64,000 nucleotides of DNA, taken from Eukaryota sp. TZLM1-RC (lineage: Eukaryota > Protista > Metamonada: BaSk clade). Position 1 is the first letter of the stretch. Every line of letters starts with the position of its first letter. This document shows positions 62,880-64,000 of the stretch, in pieces. Both the position numbers and the translations under genes were made by a program. The stretch lies in contig JAUPSS010000003.1 of assembly GCA_040285825.1 (NCBI GenBank), positions 2,666,001 to 2,730,000 on the forward strand, written 5' to 3'. Under the pieces are notes generated by a model. That model saw nothing but the letters and a program-made list of their open reading frames with translations, did no database searches and was not told the origin of the DNA.

Positions 62880-64000
62880 ATGCAGCTTCTTGAAGTCTTG
62901 GTTTATGCATATGTCTTTTATGAGGGCACTAGACTATTATCCTCTAGCATCCAACACCTCTCTGCTATCTGGTCATCTAAATTTGTTGGTGTAATTCTAT
63001 CACCTATCATCTCCTCTATTCCTCTCCTGACGTTTGTTATACTCCCTCACTTTCTCTTAGACGAATATGATCCTCACTTTTCATTTGCTCTTCTATCAGG
63101 AAGCTCTATTATGTTGCTAACACTTTCCTTCACCCTTGTCATCTGGGCAGGACGACAGACGGTCCAATACGACTTTATGTCTAGCCGCAGAACATGTATC
63201 TCTGAAGAATGCAGTGGCTTCTCTCTTGGCAGACGTCAAGGGATTGAAGTCCATCCCTCTGTACGACGTGAGGTTTCTTTCCTCTTTCTCAGTACATTAC
63301 CTCAAATCACTTACTACATTATCACTAAAGCTTCAATGACCTCCGCACATCGCTCTTCTTCCTTCTTCTACGTCTCCATTGCCACTGTCTCCCTCATGCT
63401 TATCTACATTATCTATTCTCTCCTTTCTCGATCCACCCTCTTAGTATTACGTGTCAAGGAACTACGGGAACGCTTGCTGTGCTCTTGGGTCATAAAGATT
63501 CTTTCCAATACAGTAAAAACGATGAATGCTGATTATGAATCTCTCAATGGGTCGGAACTCGCTTTCCATGTAGGATCACAGTTTGGAGGTCAAAATCTCA
63601 AAAGTCGTTCCAAGTCAAACAGAAATTTGGTGATTGGATCAGTTACCTCTGAAGAGGTTTGTTGCAAGATTCCTGTCTTGAAAACTTTTTTCTTTGCATT
63701 ATTGTATTTAGTTATTGGAGTCTCCATCATTGTGCTATCAACCAAACATTTGACGGAATTACTTACAAGTTTTAATAATTCTTTTGTTCTTGGATTTGTA
63801 TTTGCACCTTTTTTTACATCTTTGGCTGAGTTAATTTCTTCCTTAATATTAGCAAATAGAAAAACAATTACTGCACTTACAGCAGCAGTTTCCACTTTAT
63901 TGAAAACCATCTTAGTCAATGAATTGTTAATCTTTGGAATTTGGATTTATATGCAATATTTTACTAATGTAATTGTTGTTGATTTAGGTCTTGTATTGTG
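62880..64000 (+). CDS. NCL-like Na+/Ca2+ exchanger-family membrane protein, 3' partial (missed by the ORF track because it runs off the window)
   Basis: Uninterrupted frame MQLLEVLVYAYVF...LLSGSSIMLLTL..WAGR...FVFAPFFTSLAELISSL..NRKT. Confidence 0.7.
   Translation, partial: MQLLEVLVYAYVFYEGTRLLSSSIQHLSAIWSSKFVGVILSPIISSIPLLTFVILPHFLLDEYDPHFSFALLSGSSIMLLTLSFTLVIWAGRQTVQYDFMSSRRTCISEECSGFSLGRRQGIEVHPSVRREVSFLFLSTLPQITYYIITKASMTSAHRSSSFFYVSIATVSLMLIYIIYSLLSRSTLLVLRVKELRERLLCSWVIKILSNTVKTMNADYESLNGSELAFHVGSQFGGQNLKSRSKSNRNLVIGSVTSEEVCCKIPVLKTFFFALLYLVIGVSIIVLSTKHLTELLTSFNNSFVLGFVFAPFFTSLAELISSLILANRKTITALTAAVSTLLKTILVNELLIFGIWIYMQYFTNVIVVDLGLVL

Noticed and set aside
63032-63060. Apparent GTTTGT...TAG intron in the NCL-like gene
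   Set aside because: The unspliced frame is open; splicing creates an immediate stop.

Overview
AT-rich genomic DNA from a unicellular eukaryote. Standard genetic code; tiny GT-AG introns (27-55 nt), several starting GTTTGT; a Giardia-type cyst-wall protein suggests a metamonad-like protist (inference). A dozen compact host genes are embedded in a dense transposon landscape. Host genes: hemerythrin, Vps68/UPF0220, a KATNIP-N-like protein, tRNA-Ile, a type-1 rhodopsin, MJ1316-RCC1, a secreted lectin-like protein, a CWP-like LRR protein, a bacterial-type P-loop protein, a CAAX protein, UXT and an NCL-like exchanger. Mobile DNA: >=5 families of RLE-type (CRE/R2-like) non-LTR retrotransposons, a full-length chromodomain Ty3/gypsy element with 79-bp LTRs, a hAT deletion derivative, a Tc1/IS630 remnant and three distinct Fanzor families. 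Main finding: two divergent Fanzor1 families (11.3-13.2 kb and 56.7-61.0 kb) each carry a family-B-polymerase-type 3'-5' (DEDDy) exonuclease domain fused directly upstream of the RNA-guided nuclease. One of them is further preceded by a 2A ribosome-skipping peptide and a Cys-rich repeat leader. A third, intact 651-aa Fanzor has a conserved, structured ~270-nt 3' tail (candidate omegaRNA) present in three copies. Family assignments come from recalled motifs; no searches were run.
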